Shown: positions 51,631 through 64,000 of the stretch, one piece after another
How the letters are laid out: the number at the start of each line of letters is the position of its first letter
How positions within the stretch are numbered: the first letter of the stretch is position 1
DNA from: Methanotrichaceae archaeon
GTDB lineage: Archaea; Halobacteriota; Methanosarcinia; Methanotrichales; Methanotrichaceae
Reading direction: 5' to 3'
Assembly: GCA_963754945.1 (NCBI GenBank)
Contig: CAVWIG010000029.1
Location: 1-64,000, forward strand
Length of the DNA: 64,000 nucleotides
Position numbers and translations under genes: made by a program
The notes under the pieces: model-generated
The model's database searches: none
Told to the model about the DNA's origin: nothing
What the model saw: the letters and a program-made list of their open reading frames with translations, nothing else

Positions 51631-54021
51631 CTAAGTTATCCTCGCCGCGGCAGCCACTTCATCTCCGGCCTTGACGTTCATGATCCTGACTCCCTGAGTG
51701 GACCTGCCCTGGATCCTTATTTCACTGGTGGGTATGCGGATCACAACCCCGTCTTTTGTCGTCACCAGAAGCTCGTCGTCCTCAGAAACGGTGGTCGTGC
51801 AGCAGACGCCTCCCTTCCTTGCCTCGATGTTCTTGACGCCCTTGCCGCCACGCCTCTGCAACGGGTACTCGCCTAGCTCTGTCCTCTTGCCATACCCTTG
51901 GGTGGTGATGGTCAAGAGGGTTGAGCCTGTCTTGACAACATCCATGCTGATCAGCTCGTCGTTGAACTCCAGGGTGATGGCCTTCACCCCCATGGTGCCG
52001 CGGTTGCTGGCCCGGACGTTGTTCTCGTGGAACCGAATGGCTTTTCCGTACTTTGTGGCCACGAGTAGCTCCTGATTGCCGTCAGTGAGCCGCGCGGCGA
52101 CAAGGCTGTCTCCCTTGAGGTTGACGGCCTTGATTCCACCCTTTCTCGGATTGCTGAAAGCCCGGATGGGCATCCTTACGATGCTCCCGCTCTTTGTCAC
52201 AAGGACTATGAAACCATCTGCTTCAAAGCTCTTAACAGGTATCGCACCCGTCATCTTCTCGTCCTGCTCAAGTTGAAGCATGTTAACGATGGATTTTCCG
52301 CGAGACGCCTTGCCCATAGCAGGTACCTCGTAGACCTTCAGCCAGTGGGCTTTGCCCTTATCGGTGAAGAAGAGCAGGTAGTCCTTTGTGGATGCAGTGA
52401 AGACGTCTGTGACGAACTCCTCGCTCTTTGTCTCAGCGCCGATGACGCCGCGGCCGCCACGCCTCTGCATCCTGTAAACGTCAACGGGCTGGCGTTTGAT
52501 GTAGCCGGAGCTTGTAATGGTCACGGCCACCTCTTCATCCTGGATCAGATCCTCACGGCTGACCTCGCCCTCTGCCTCGATGATCTGAGTCCTGCGCTCA
52601 TCCCCGTAGGTCTCGCACAGCTCCTTCAGCTCATCTTTGATGATGTTTAGGATCTCCAGGTTGCTGGAGAGGATCTTCTTGAGCATGGCGATGGTCTTTT
52701 CCAGCTCCGCCGCCTCGGATACTATCTTCTCTTGCTCCAGGCCAGTCAGGCGCTGCAGCCTCATGTCCAGGATTGCCTTGGCCTGCTCCTCACTCAGGGC
52801 ATAGGTCAGCATCAGGGAGTCCTTTGCCTCAACTGGTGAAGGTGCTGCTTTTATCAGCCTGATCACTTCATCGATGTTCTTGAGCGCAATGAGCAGCCCG
52901 GCAAGGATGTGGGCGCGCTTCTCTGCCTGTTGCAGATCGAACCTGGTACGGCGCTCTACCACCTGTGAACGATAGAAGATGTAATGCTCCAGTGTCTGCT
53001 TCAGGGAAAGGGTCTTGGGTTCGCCGTTCACCAGGACCAGGTTGTTTATGCCAAAGCTTGTCTGGAGTGGAGTGTGCTTGTATAGCTGGTTCAAGACCAC
53101 ATGGACGTTAAACCCGCTCTTGACCTCTACTACAAAGCGTATGCCATCCTTATCCGACTCGTCCCGCAGATCTGATATTCCCTCCAGCCTGCCGGCCTTG
53201 ATCATCTCGGCCATGTCCTCGATCATCTTGGCCTTGTTCACCTGGTAGGGAAGCTCGGTGAAGATTATCTTCGTGTTCTTGGGCCCTTCCTCGATCTCCG
53301 ACTTGGACTGCATCAGGATGCTGCCCCGGCCGGTCATGTAGGCGGCCTCTATCCCTGACCGACCAACTATGTAGCCGCCAGTGGGAAAATCAGGTCCGGG
53401 CAGGTGGGCCATCAGGTCGCCCAATGTTGCATCGGGTGCGTCTATGAGGTAGATGATGGCGCTAGCAAGCTCCTTTAGGTTGTGCGGAGGAATGTTCGTG
53501 GCCATGCCTACGGCTATGCCCGTGGAACCATTGAGCAGCAGGTTGGGCAGTTTGGCTGGAAGAACCGTGGGCTCCTTGAGAGAGCCATCGTAGTTGGGTA
53601 CAAAGTCCACGGTGTCCTTCTCTATGTCGACCAGCATCTCACCTGCTATCTTAGAGAGCCGAACTTCGGTGTAACGCATGGCCGCAGCCGGGTCTCCATC
53701 GATGGACCCGAAGTTGCCCTGGCCATCGATGAGGGGATAGCGCATGGAGAAAGTCTGGGCCATCCGTACCATCGTCTCATAGATGGCAGCGTCCCCGTGA
53801 GGGTGGTACTTGCCCATTACGTCTCCGACCACGCGAGCAGACTTCTTGTAAGGCTGATCATGGGTCATGCCCTGTTCGTACATGGCGTAGAGAATGCGCC
53901 TGTGAACGGGCTTCAGACCGTCTCTGACATCGGGCAGGGCCCTGCTCACGATAACGCTCATGGCGTAATCGATGAAGGAGGACTTCATCTCCTCAGTGAT
54001 GTTAACTTGTACTTCCGTCAA
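51631..54021 (-). CDS. gyrA: DNA gyrase subunit A
   Basis: [22 protein letters not shown], GyrA box QRRGGRG, beta-pinwheel repeats. Confidence 0.97.
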   Translation of the reverse strand: MTEVQVNITEEMKSSFIDYAMSVIVSRALPDVRDGLKPVHRRILYAMYEQGMTHDQPYKKSARVVGDVMGKYHPHGDAAIYETMVRMAQTFSMRYPLIDGQGNFGSIDGDPAAAMRYTEVRLSKIAGEMLVDIEKDTVDFVPNYDGSLKEPTVLPAKLPNLLLNGSTGIAVGMATNIPPHNLKELASAIIYLIDAPDATLGDLMAHLPGPDFPTGGYIVGRSGIEAAYMTGRGSILMQSKSEIEEGPKNTKIIFTELPYQVNKAKMIEDMAEMIKAGRLEGISDLRDESDKDGIRFVVEVKSGFNVHVVLNQLYKHTPLQTSFGINNLVLVNGEPKTLSLKQTLEHYIFYRSQVVERRTRFDLQQAEKRAHILAGLLIALKNIDEVIRLIKAAPSPVEAKDSLMLTYALSEEQAKAILDMRLQRLTGLEQEKIVSEAAELEKTIAMLKKILSSNLEILNIIKDELKELCETYGDERRTQIIEAEGEVSREDLIQDEEVAVTITSSGYIKRQPVDVYRMQRRGGRGVIGAETKSEEFVTDVFTASTKDYLLFFTDKGKAHWLKVYEVPAMGKASRGKSIVNMLQLEQDEKMTGAIPVKSFEADGFIVLVTKSGSIVRMPIRAFSNPRKGGIKAVNLKGDSLVAARLTDGNQELLVATKYGKAIRFHENNVRASNRGTMGVKAITLEFNDELISMDVVKTGSTLLTITTQGYGKRTELGEYPLQRRGGKGVKNIEARKGGVCCTTTVSEDDELLVTTKDGVVIRIPTSEIRIQGRSTQGVRIMNVKAGDEVAAAARIT

Positions 54022-54029
54022 AAGCCACC

Positions 54030-55928
<1,899 letters not shown>

Positions 55929-56258
55929 TTAAACCTCCTGAATAATTAGGACCGTAATGAAATAACTTGAGCGCATATAAGCTTTTCCCCTTTAGATATC
56001 TTAGATAATATTTACATTTAACCATATTTAACTTGTTCGGTCGAAGTTGAGCATTGTTCATTAAACGCAGAAACTGCTGATTTGGAAACCTAGGAAATCA
56101 TTTTTAATAAGTTGAATAAAGTTGTCCAAATCAGAGTTATTGTCTCAAAAAATTTATATAGATTGCGTTTGATAATTGACTTCTCAAGTTGGCATCAAGT
56201 GCTCTCAAGCACACGTGTTACACAGGAATAAAAATGAAATTCATCGTGGGGGAATTGA

Positions 56259-56540
56259 ATGGTATTTGGAATGACAATGATAAAGGTCAAACCTAGTCAA
56301 GACAGCATTGCTTATCAGACAATCCGATCAATGAAAGGAGTAAAAGAGATCTACAGGATCTTCGGTGAGTACAGCTTCTTCCTGATCATGGACGCTTACA
56401 GGAAGTGGGATCTGGACAAAATTGTCGATGAGATTCGTATGTCTGGGGATGTAGTTGAAATCCGGCCCGTCCTAGTCACGGCTAACAGTGATCTAGCTGG
56501 GTTAAGGCTTTCTGAGTCGGGAGAGCCTGCCTTCAGCTAG
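56259..56540 (+). CDS. Lrp/AsnC ligand-binding-domain protein
   Basis: GVKEIYRIFGEYSF pattern. Confidence 0.75.
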   Translation: MVFGMTMIKVKPSQDSIAYQTIRSMKGVKEIYRIFGEYSFFLIMDAYRKWDLDKIVDEIRMSGDVVEIRPVLVTANSDLAGLRLSESGEPAFS

Positions 56541-56925
56541 AATCTAATTCCTAACATAATGGCCGCCCTGAGGCAATCAAAAAGACCGCGTGCGCAAGAC
56601 AGTAATTTCAATGGGTTTGTGATGAGTGCATCATTTATCCGAAGCATTATCTACGTGAATCGCCGCCTCGGATTATAATTCGCATTACAGCCCAGCCATA
56701 GAACCAAAATGACCGCTGAGACCGAGTCCACGATCATCTCATCCATAATTATACACTCCGCACGTTTGTCTTATCACCCATGTTTATCAAATAGTTATTT
56801 ATGAACTTATCATATGATAATAAATTTGATTGTTAACGATTTGACTCCTAGGGCTGAAAGATGGTTACGATTAAGCCTGAAGCACGAAAATTGGCGCATC
56901 CTTATGAGCTAAGGACAGGACATGT

Positions 56926-57162
56926 TTATTTCTTCAATGAGATCAACAGCTTTCTGGATCCCTGTGATTCTTGTATCCCCGTTCTGGCGCAAGATCGAAC
57001 AATGCGGCCTTCATGTTCCAAATCTGAAAGAACAGGATCTAATGCTGATTGCCTCATCCCCAATCGACGGCATAGCATTCTGGGTTCTAAAGAACCATCA
57101 TAAGATGCCAACTCCTGCAAAACTCTACTGTACAGGTCCTGTTCCTGTTGAATGTGTTTCAC
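56926..57162 (-). CDS. Small winged-helix protein
   Basis: LCRRLGMRQSALDPVLSDLEHEGRI. Confidence 0.55.
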   Translation of the reverse strand: MKHIQQEQDLYSRVLQELASYDGSLEPRMLCRRLGMRQSALDPVLSDLEHEGRIVRSCARTGIQESQGSRKLLISLKK

Positions 57163-57708
57163 TTTTCTTTCACCACACGTTTCTGCTTAGCCTTGTCTCT
57201 CTAATTCAATTTCGATCTCTTAGTTTCGCATATTCATCCATAGGGGGAATGCAACAGGCGTTCGCCCTAAATACATCCTTGTATTATGCGCGTATTTCAG
57301 GTGAAGGGACGTTTCTCTCAAGACAGTCAGCCAGCCATCTGGTCCTCCTTAGTCCTTCCCCTCCAATGCTTTAGATTTGCGGCAGAGTTTAAATTGAGAG
57401 TCTGAAACTTCATGAAGGCGACGTTCTAGGCGAGGGTTAAGTTTGTTCTTTCCTGCAATGTGGACCCCCTACTCCTCCTCTATTCGTTTTCGTGTTCTTC
57501 AACGACCTAAGCTCTCAACCGTGATGATGAAATACTTCCTGGTACAATGTCCAAGTTTCAAGCGAAGGGACGTTATACGTCAGACCGTCGGCCCCATTGG
57601 TCCTCCATATTAGTTCCTTCGCTTACCAACACCGTCTGCCATGAGGATTAGAGGCCAGCAATAGCAATACTGGCACTCTCATCCGTTTATACGATAGGGC
57701 TGATAAGT

Positions 57709-58365
57709 ATGACGATAATAGAATGCCCAAGATGCAAAAGGAAAGAAGAAGTCTCAGGTTCATCGCTCTTTGGGGTAGTGATATGGAAACTAAGAGGTCA
57801 AAAATGCAGTTCATGCGGCGGAATCGGATACATCAGATTTGATTTTGTATTAAGACTAAGACCTCGGGTAGATAGTGTACATATCAACTCGAATGAAGAT
57901 ACTGTTACGAATAGGTCTTTTAATTTGCAACAAAATAGAAAAGACAACTCTGATATTTCTCGAAAGGAGTTAGATGAATCAATTGAGGATACTAAGATAA
58001 GACGCGAATATCCAGTAACGGAATATAGCTTATCAATCGACATGGGTGACATATTACTTGACAAGGGCTTATACGACCAAGCCATCGCATGTTATGAAGA
58101 GACGATCGGCCTACCAATATCCGAGGTGTATTTGGCTGTGGCCTGGAATCGTATAGGCAATGCCCTTAATCATCTAGGCAAGTACGACGAAGCTATCAAG
58201 GCATACGACAAAGCCATTGAACTGGAGCCATCAGAAGCGGCAGTCGACTGGCAAAACAGAGGCTACGCCCTTAAAGCGCTAGGCTGTGACTCAGAAGCAG
58301 AAATTGCCTTTGCTAAGGCTAAGAGAACTAGGAGATCGAGGATAGACTCTCACAATCTTTCATGA
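57709..58365 (+). CDS. Zn-ribbon + TPR-repeat protein
   Basis: CPRC/CSSC pairs; AWNRIGNAL..LGKYDEAIKAYDKAIEL. Confidence 0.75.
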   Translation: MTIIECPRCKRKEEVSGSSLFGVVIWKLRGQKCSSCGGIGYIRFDFVLRLRPRVDSVHINSNEDTVTNRSFNLQQNRKDNSDISRKELDESIEDTKIRREYPVTEYSLSIDMGDILLDKGLYDQAIACYEETIGLPISEVYLAVAWNRIGNALNHLGKYDEAIKAYDKAIELEPSEAAVDWQNRGYALKALGCDSEAEIAFAKAKRTRRSRIDSHNLS

Positions 58366-58372
58366 GGTAAGG

Positions 58373-58598
58373 CTGATAAAAACCGATGCCAATGGCCACG
58401 AGATTTGGGACGAATCCTTCGATGGATCGGGGGGGTGGAATGAAGGCAAATCGGTTCAGCAGACAAATGATGGAGGCTATATAATATCGGGCTCCGCTTA
58501 CTCCTATGGTTCAGGCGGCAAGAATAGCGTCGTCTGGCTGATCAAGACCGATCCAAATGGCAATAGAGTCTGGGATAAGACCTTCGATGGGGCTTAGG
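58373..58598 (+). pseudogene. Orphan fragment of a beta-propeller repeat protein
   Basis: LIKTDANGHEIWDESF..VQQTNDGGYIISG..VWLIKTDPNGNRVWDKTFDGA with a frameshift in a G-run; no start codon. Confidence 0.65.
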
Positions 58599-58685
58599 TA
58601 AGACGGAAAACCCCGGCAGCATAGATGCTTTCATCCTAAGACATTGCAGTGTTATAGCCTGATTGTAAATATTTAAACAGAAAAT

Positions 58686-58985
58686 TTGAGCTTAAGGGTG
58701 GTCAAGTTGACAAGCAGCAAAGAATTAGAAAACTTAGGGAAGGTTATAGCTGAAATCGGAAAAGGAAGAACCTGCTTTACTGCGCAGACAATAAAAGAGA
58801 CCAAAGAGGCTTTGTTTAAGAAGGGCTACGAAGGTGCCGAGCTGTATGGAGCACAGCTTGCGGAAGCGGACGAGAATACCGAGTTGCTTCGAGTGCTAAT
58901 GATATGCAAGAAATACGGTCTCAGTCCCGAGACAGCCGTAAGGGTACTCGATAATCTGAACAGGATTGAGTCTGGAAAGTGGTGA
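58686..58985 (+). CDS. Hypothetical small helical protein
   Basis: About 99-aa ORF, start uncertain. Confidence 0.5.
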   Translation: MSLRVVKLTSSKELENLGKVIAEIGKGRTCFTAQTIKETKEALFKKGYEGAELYGAQLAEADENTELLRVLMICKKYGLSPETAVRVLDNLNRIESGKW

Positions 58986-59259
58986 GTGTTTAGATTTGGA
59001 ATTATTCATCATACTCTTAGTTTCCCAATAGGACCTCGAGATATCACTTTCTGGCATCAGCCTCATCCCTGGGCTCATGTGGTTTCATGTCGGGGTGAAA
59101 TTTTCAAAGGTCAGCGGGTGTGAGTATACCCTGCAGCATGCCGGAATCTGAAACTACGAGCTGATTTTTCGAACCCTTCCCTATAATTTTCATGACATCG
59201 GTAAAATTGGATCTATCCCCAACTAGCTATTCCTTAAGTTGGCCAGATCCGTCAGTATT

Positions 59260-59664
59260 TCACTCCTCTGCGGGTATGAATTTAGTGCCGTAGTATATTA
59301 TGCCCCGGTCTCCTTCCTTTCCAAGAATCCTGAAGACCGGCCGAACACGCATTCCTATCTTGACTTCGTTCGCTGAGGCGACGATCTGCCCGGTGAGCCT
59401 GGGACCTTCATCCAAACGGATGATGGCCAGGTTGTAAGGCGTCTGTCTATCGAAGTCCTCAGTGGCGGTGTAAATCGTAGTAAAGGTAACGACGGTGCCA
59501 GTTCCCTTGAACTTGTGCTCCTCCATATGGGTCCCCCTTCGGCAGTTGGGACAAACGTTTCTCGGTGGGAAGTAGTACTCACCACAGGTGGTGCACTGGG
59601 TTCCTATCAGGCTGTACCTCTGGGGTATGCACCTCCAGAACCGGGGAGCTTGTGTTGTGGACAT
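59260..59664 (-). CDS. DUF35 Zn-ribbon/OB-fold scaffold of the thiolase-HMGS complex
   Basis: CTTCG..FPPR..CPNC, IIYYGTKF; adjacent to thiolase. Confidence 0.9.
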   Translation of the reverse strand: MSTTQAPRFWRCIPQRYSLIGTQCTTCGEYYFPPRNVCPNCRRGTHMEEHKFKGTGTVVTFTTIYTATEDFDRQTPYNLAIIRLDEGPRLTGQIVASANEVKIGMRVRPVFRILGKEGDRGIIYYGTKFIPAEE

Positions 59665-59665
59665 C

Positions 59666-60829
59666 TCACCTCGACATTATGTGGACGATGGCTGTTCCGC
59701 CTGAGCCTCCAACGTTATGGGCCAGCCCATACTCGGCATCCTCCACCTGGCGTTTCCCTGCCTCTCCGCGAAGCTGGAGGGCTATCTCATAAGCCTGCTT
59801 TATGCCCGTGGCTCCCACCGGGTGGCCGCATGCTTTCAGTCCTCCTGAAGTGTTTACGGGCAGTCGGCCGCCCAGGGCAGTCATGCCCTCCTCTGCGGCC
59901 TTGCCGCCGCAGCCCTTCTCCACAAAACCAAGGTCCTCGATGGCCAGAATCTCTCCAATGGTGAAGCAGTCGTGGACCTCGGCAACATCGATATCCTTTG
60001 GCTCTATTCCCGCCTGGCCAAAGGCTGAGTGGGCGGCATGAACGGTGGCATCCAAGGTGGTTATATCTCTCCGGTCGTGCAGGGCCAGGGTATCGCTAGC
60101 CTGTCCGCTGCCCACGATCCGAATGGGCGTGTCTGCGAACTTCCTGGCAATCTCGGTAGGAGCCAGGACTACAGCCGCAGCGCCATCCGATATCGGCGAG
60201 CAGTCCAGGACGTGCAGAGGGTCTGACACCATGGGCGACCTGTCCACGTCGTCGAGGGTGATTTCCATCTGGTACTGAGCTATGGGGTTGAGGCAGCCAT
60301 GGTGATGGTTCTTTACAGCCACCTGGGCCATCTGGTCGTGAGTTGTCCCGTACCTTCTCATGTGCAGCCTGGCTATCATGGCGTACAGGGCAGGGAATGT
60401 CGCACCAAAGAAACACTCCCACTCGCGGTCAGCCGCTGAGGCCAGGGCGTCGGCGGCCGTGCCGCTGGAGACATCGGTCATCTTCTCAACGCCTGCTGCT
60501 ATCACTATGTCGTGGTAGCCGCTGGCAACTGCCAGGACTCCCTGGCGCAGTGCCAGGCCGCCTGATGCACAGGCAGCTTCTACTCTGGTGCTGGGTATGT
60601 GCAGCCTTGAGAGTCCGGCACAATCGGCTATCAGGGCTCCGATGTGCTCCTGCTCGACGAAGCGTCCGCCGCTCATGTTTCCCACATACAGGGCGTCTAT
60701 TTGCTCCCCAATCAGGTTAGAGTCGTCTATAGCCAGGACTCCTGCCTCTGCTACCATATCCCGGAGAGAAACGTCCCAGCGCTCTCCGAACTTGGTACAT
60801 CCCACACCGATGATAGATACTGATCTCAT
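59666..60829 (-). CDS. Acetoacetyl-CoA thiolase
   Basis: [29 protein letters not shown]. Confidence 0.93.
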   Translation of the reverse strand: MRSVSIIGVGCTKFGERWDVSLRDMVAEAGVLAIDDSNLIGEQIDALYVGNMSGGRFVEQEHIGALIADCAGLSRLHIPSTRVEAACASGGLALRQGVLAVASGYHDIVIAAGVEKMTDVSSGTAADALASAADREWECFFGATFPALYAMIARLHMRRYGTTHDQMAQVAVKNHHHGCLNPIAQYQMEITLDDVDRSPMVSDPLHVLDCSPISDGAAAVVLAPTEIARKFADTPIRIVGSGQASDTLALHDRRDITTLDATVHAAHSAFGQAGIEPKDIDVAEVHDCFTIGEILAIEDLGFVEKGCGGKAAEEGMTALGGRLPVNTSGGLKACGHPVGATGIKQAYEIALQLRGEAGKRQVEDAEYGLAHNVGGSGGTAIVHIMSR

Positions 60830-61863
60830 AGTTTCAGCTTGCCCTTGTGCTTGGCGTACATGGCATAGTCAAGGTACTGAGCCTTGGCTATGTAGTCCCT
60901 GACCGATGGGGCACCAGTCCTGATATCTTCTATCTTGTCTTTGACACTGATGCTGAAGGCGTCTGAGCCTGCACCTGAGCCAAAGCTGGTGACGAAGATC
61001 CGCTCTCCCGGTTTGGCAACGTCCAGGGTGGCGGCTAGCCCAATCAGGCATGAGCCCGAGTAGGTGTTTCCAATAAATGGGACGACCAACCCTGGTTCTA
61101 TCTGCTCTTTAGAAAATCCGAGATTGCGGGCCACTCGGACGGGGAACTTCCCATTGGGCTGGTGAAAGACAGCGTAGTCGTAGTCCTTGGGCGTTGTTCC
61201 AAGTTTCTCCATCAGGCCGTTAGCAGCGCTGGTCACATGCTTGAAGTAGGCGGGCTCGCCTGTAAACCGGCCGCCGTGCTCAGGATAGGGCATCCCCTCC
61301 CGCCTCCAGAAGTCCGGGGTGTCTGTTGTGAAGGAGTATATTGCCTCTATCTCTGCAGCCAGGTCTTTGCTGCCGATTATGTAGGCGGCGCCACCTGCTG
61401 CTGCCGTGTACTCCAGCATATCGCCTGGAGCGCCCTGGCTCACGTCCGTGCCTATCGCTATTCCCAGGTCGATCAGGTTGGAGCCGACTAATCCGAGGCA
61501 AGCATGGATAGCCGCAGTCCCGGCCTTGCAGGCAAACTCGAAGTCAGCAGCGGTAAAAGAAGAAGAAGTGCATATAGCCTCGCCAACGATCGTCCCCGTG
61601 GGCTTCACGGCATAGGGATGGCTCTCGGAGCCGGTGTAAATTGCGCCGATCCGTCTGGGATCTATGCCAGCCCTCATAACGGCGTTCCTGGCGGCCTCTA
61701 CGGCGAAAGTTACCGCATCCTCGTCCATGTCGGGCACTGACTTCTCATAGACGCGCAGGCCCTCAGCGATGTTGTCTCCATCGCCCCACACCCGGGCGAT
61801 CTCGTCCACTCGTATCCGGTACTTAGGGATGTAGACTCCATAGCTGACTATACCAGAGGGCAA
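60826..61863 (-). CDS. HMG-CoA synthase
   Basis: [37 protein letters not shown]. Confidence 0.95.
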   Translation of the reverse strand: MPSGIVSYGVYIPKYRIRVDEIARVWGDGDNIAEGLRVYEKSVPDMDEDAVTFAVEAARNAVMRAGIDPRRIGAIYTGSESHPYAVKPTGTIVGEAICTSSSFTAADFEFACKAGTAAIHACLGLVGSNLIDLGIAIGTDVSQGAPGDMLEYTAAAGGAAYIIGSKDLAAEIEAIYSFTTDTPDFWRREGMPYPEHGGRFTGEPAYFKHVTSAANGLMEKLGTTPKDYDYAVFHQPNGKFPVRVARNLGFSKEQIEPGLVVPFIGNTYSGSCLIGLAATLDVAKPGERIFVTSFGSGAGSDAFSISVKDKIEDIRTGAPSVRDYIAKAQYLDYAMYAKHKGKLKL

Positions 61864-61867
61864 GAGC

Positions 61868-62593
61868 TCACCTTTTGTTCAATGCTGTGGTAATCTCTTC
61901 TGAAGATATAGGTGTCGTTAAAAGAGGTATGTTCTCAATCTCGGCGATCCTTAACGCAACCGGGTCGACGTCCGAGGCATTGAGGCCCTGTAGGACGACT
62001 ACCCCGGGTTTGAGATTGGTCACTCTGACCGCCACCATGGAGGATTTGCCCGAGGTGACCCCAGTGAATATCAGGGCCCGAGCTGTGCTGCGGCCGTAGA
62101 TCTTCTGAAATTGATCCGGAAGAAGCTCGATTATTGCCTTTGCACTGTCTATTATGGTGTAGCCGTAGATCGAGATGTCAGTGTTGCCGAAGACGACAGT
62201 GGCTTTGATCTTGTCCATGAAGTCAGAGAGGGTTACAGGTTCCGGATACTCGCATATGCAGCAGATGGCGTCCATGCCGAAGATGTCCCCGAACATGGTT
62301 TCATAGGCCCGCATGACGGTGCAGCCACGAAGCTCGTCTATCTTCAGCAGTGCATCTATTATCTTGCTGACAATCATTATTCCTGGGGATCTTCGCCTAC
62401 CGCTCTCGTAGTCGGAGATGACCGATGGAGAGATCCCCAGATGGTTGGATAGATCGGTCTGAGTTATGCCAAAGTTTCTCCGCCATTTTCTCAAAGTTTC
62501 GCCGGGACTCGGCGATAGAGTAATCTCTCCGGCAATCTTCTCTGCTAAAAACCCTCGGGGATTGGAGATCTCTCTCCCAGAATTCATGATCAA
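61868..62593 (-). CDS. XRE-type HTH transcriptional regulator (conserved archaeal)
   Basis: [33 protein letters not shown]. Confidence 0.88.
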   Translation of the reverse strand: MIMNSGREISNPRGFLAEKIAGEITLSPSPGETLRKWRRNFGITQTDLSNHLGISPSVISDYESGRRRSPGIMIVSKIIDALLKIDELRGCTVMRAYETMFGDIFGMDAICCICEYPEPVTLSDFMDKIKATVVFGNTDISIYGYTIIDSAKAIIELLPDQFQKIYGRSTARALIFTGVTSGKSSMVAVRVTNLKPGVVVLQGLNASDVDPVALRIAEIENIPLLTTPISSEEITTALNKR

Positions 62594-62670
62594 TGACTGG
62601 TCAAACTAGGATATAAAGCTAACGAAAATCGATTCGGCATTTAACGTAAGCCATTTTTGCAAAAGAAGAA

Positions 62671-62757
62671 TGCGTCGACCGGGATTCGAACCCGGGTTGT
62701 AGGCTTGCTTCGCAAACGCATGGAAGGCCCAAGTCATGGCCACTAGACCATCGACGC
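62671..62757 (-). tRNA. tRNA-Gly(TCC) with a 15-nt intron (62706-62720)
   Basis: GCGTCGA...TCGACGC-A acceptor; TGGGC-CTTCCA-[TGCGTTTGCGAAGCA]-A-GCCTA; GGTTCGAATCC. Confidence 0.93.
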
Positions 62758-62932
62758 CCGCCCCATAACTGAAACTCGTTGAACTTAACTGTTTCGATCC
62801 AGAGCAGTTATTTCCCTCTGGAGATGATACTACCTGCGGGGGGGGGCAAAACGACTACTGTTAACAAAACTACACCGAACTCATCAGATAGCTTCATATA
62901 CCGGACAGGCAGCGAGAGGGCGAAGAGAAGCG

Positions 62933-63472
62933 ATGATGAACGTCTTGATAACTGCGATCTGGCTTATGCTGCCCGCTTATCTGCCCAATAACTTCGCAGC
63001 GCTCTTCGGCGGTGGCACGCCTCTGGACTTCGGACAGAGGTTCAACGACGGCCGTCGCATCATGGGGGATGGCAAGACATACAGGGGAACAGCCGCTGGT
63101 ACAGTATGTGGGTTTCTGGTCGGACTGGCCCTGAACGCAGTCGCTTCGAGCCTCGGGTTGCCCTCGTTTGGATCAGGGCTCGAGCAGTTTCTAGTCCTTG
63201 GGAGTTTGTCCCTAGGAGCGATGCTGGGAGACATCGTGGCCAGCTTCTTCAAGCGCAGGCTGGGAATGAAGCGGGGAGCCCAGTTCTTCGTAATCGACCA
63301 GCTGGACTTCGTATTCGGGGCTTGGATACTGACGGCGATCCTTGCTCCGTCATGGTTCTGGAACAACTTCACTCCAGCTATCATCGTCGTAGTCCTGATA
63401 ATAACTCCAGTGCTCCACCGGGTTACGAACATCATAGGCTACCGGATCGGAGCCAAGAGGGAGCCCTGGTAG
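62933..63472 (+). CDS. carS: CDP-archaeol synthase
   Basis: [40 protein letters not shown]. Confidence 0.93.
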   Translation: MMNVLITAIWLMLPAYLPNNFAALFGGGTPLDFGQRFNDGRRIMGDGKTYRGTAAGTVCGFLVGLALNAVASSLGLPSFGSGLEQFLVLGSLSLGAMLGDIVASFFKRRLGMKRGAQFFVIDQLDFVFGAWILTAILAPSWFWNNFTPAIIVVVLIITPVLHRVTNIIGYRIGAKREPW

Positions 63473-63682
63473 CGCATTCATCGGACAATGCGTCGTGGCT
63501 CTTTTCAGCAGACGGGATTTATTAGACTCTTTTTCTTACTAAGATTGCCTTTTAACCGATTATCGGTGAGCCGGAGCCTTTCACGAAAGCTTTATAAGTT
63601 TAGGTAATGGATAAGAAAACGTCATAGCCAATTTTATCGGGGAAAAAAATAAGAAATTGGCGAAAAAGAAAGGAGGAGAAAT

Positions 63683-64000
63683 ATGGACGCATTTAGCATG
63701 GGACTCGTAGGAGCCGTTGGTGCCCTTGCGACGATCTGTGGTGCCTCCGAGGATATCGATTCTGATATTGGTTCTCAGAGCAACCCCAACTCGCAGGTCC
63801 AGCTAGCTGCCCAGGTTGGAAATCCGCACAGGATTTACAACAAGGCCATCGCAGGCGAGCCCCCATCGAACGCTCTATGGTGCACATGCGCAGCGGTCGT
63901 GGCTTACGTTCTCATTACCACATACCACATGCCCGCACTTATGTCGATTGCAGCCGGTTCGACATTTGCTGCCCTAATCGATGGAGTAATGTCTACAAGC
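63683..64000 (+). CDS. mtrE: Tetrahydromethanopterin S-methyltransferase subunit E, 5' part (runs off window)
   Basis: Own translation: SEDIDSDIGSQSNPNSQVQLA..HRIYNKAIAGEP; AGGAGG RBS upstream. Confidence 0.93.
   Translation, partial: MDAFSMGLVGAVGALATICGASEDIDSDIGSQSNPNSQVQLAAQVGNPHRIYNKAIAGEPPSNALWCTCAAVVAYVLITTYHMPALMSIAAGSTFAALIDGVMSTS

Overview
This is an archaeal methanogen chromosome segment, probably Methanothrix/Methanotrichaceae-like. That placement is inferred from mtd, mtrE, an mtrH homologue, class I LysRS, bacterial-type gyrAB/uvrBC, CarS and the archaeal mevalonate genes. Housekeeping blocks are interleaved with many IS elements (IS5, IS630, IS701-like, IS200, IS256, IS4/IS701-like), two tRNA genes and a tRNA-Leu relic. 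Three things stand out. (1) An AT-rich, translationally coupled five-gene island (16.4-21.7 kb) encodes an RHH protein, a small membrane protein, a large protein with a transglutaminase/papain-like Cys-His-Asp tail, and two tandem MtrA-like/thymidylate-synthase fusions. One fusion is catalytically intact and the other is an apparent pseudo-enzyme. (2) Two collinearly homologous but diverged, densely structured large non-coding RNA candidates lie at 41.4-41.87 kb (+) and 0.24-0.55 kb (-, cut by an IS5), with a possible third at 15.8-16.1 kb. (3) A 767-aa RloC-like AAA ATPase gene is split by five IS insertions and can be rebuilt exactly in frame. All calls are by eye from the sequence and ORF track; no database searches were run.
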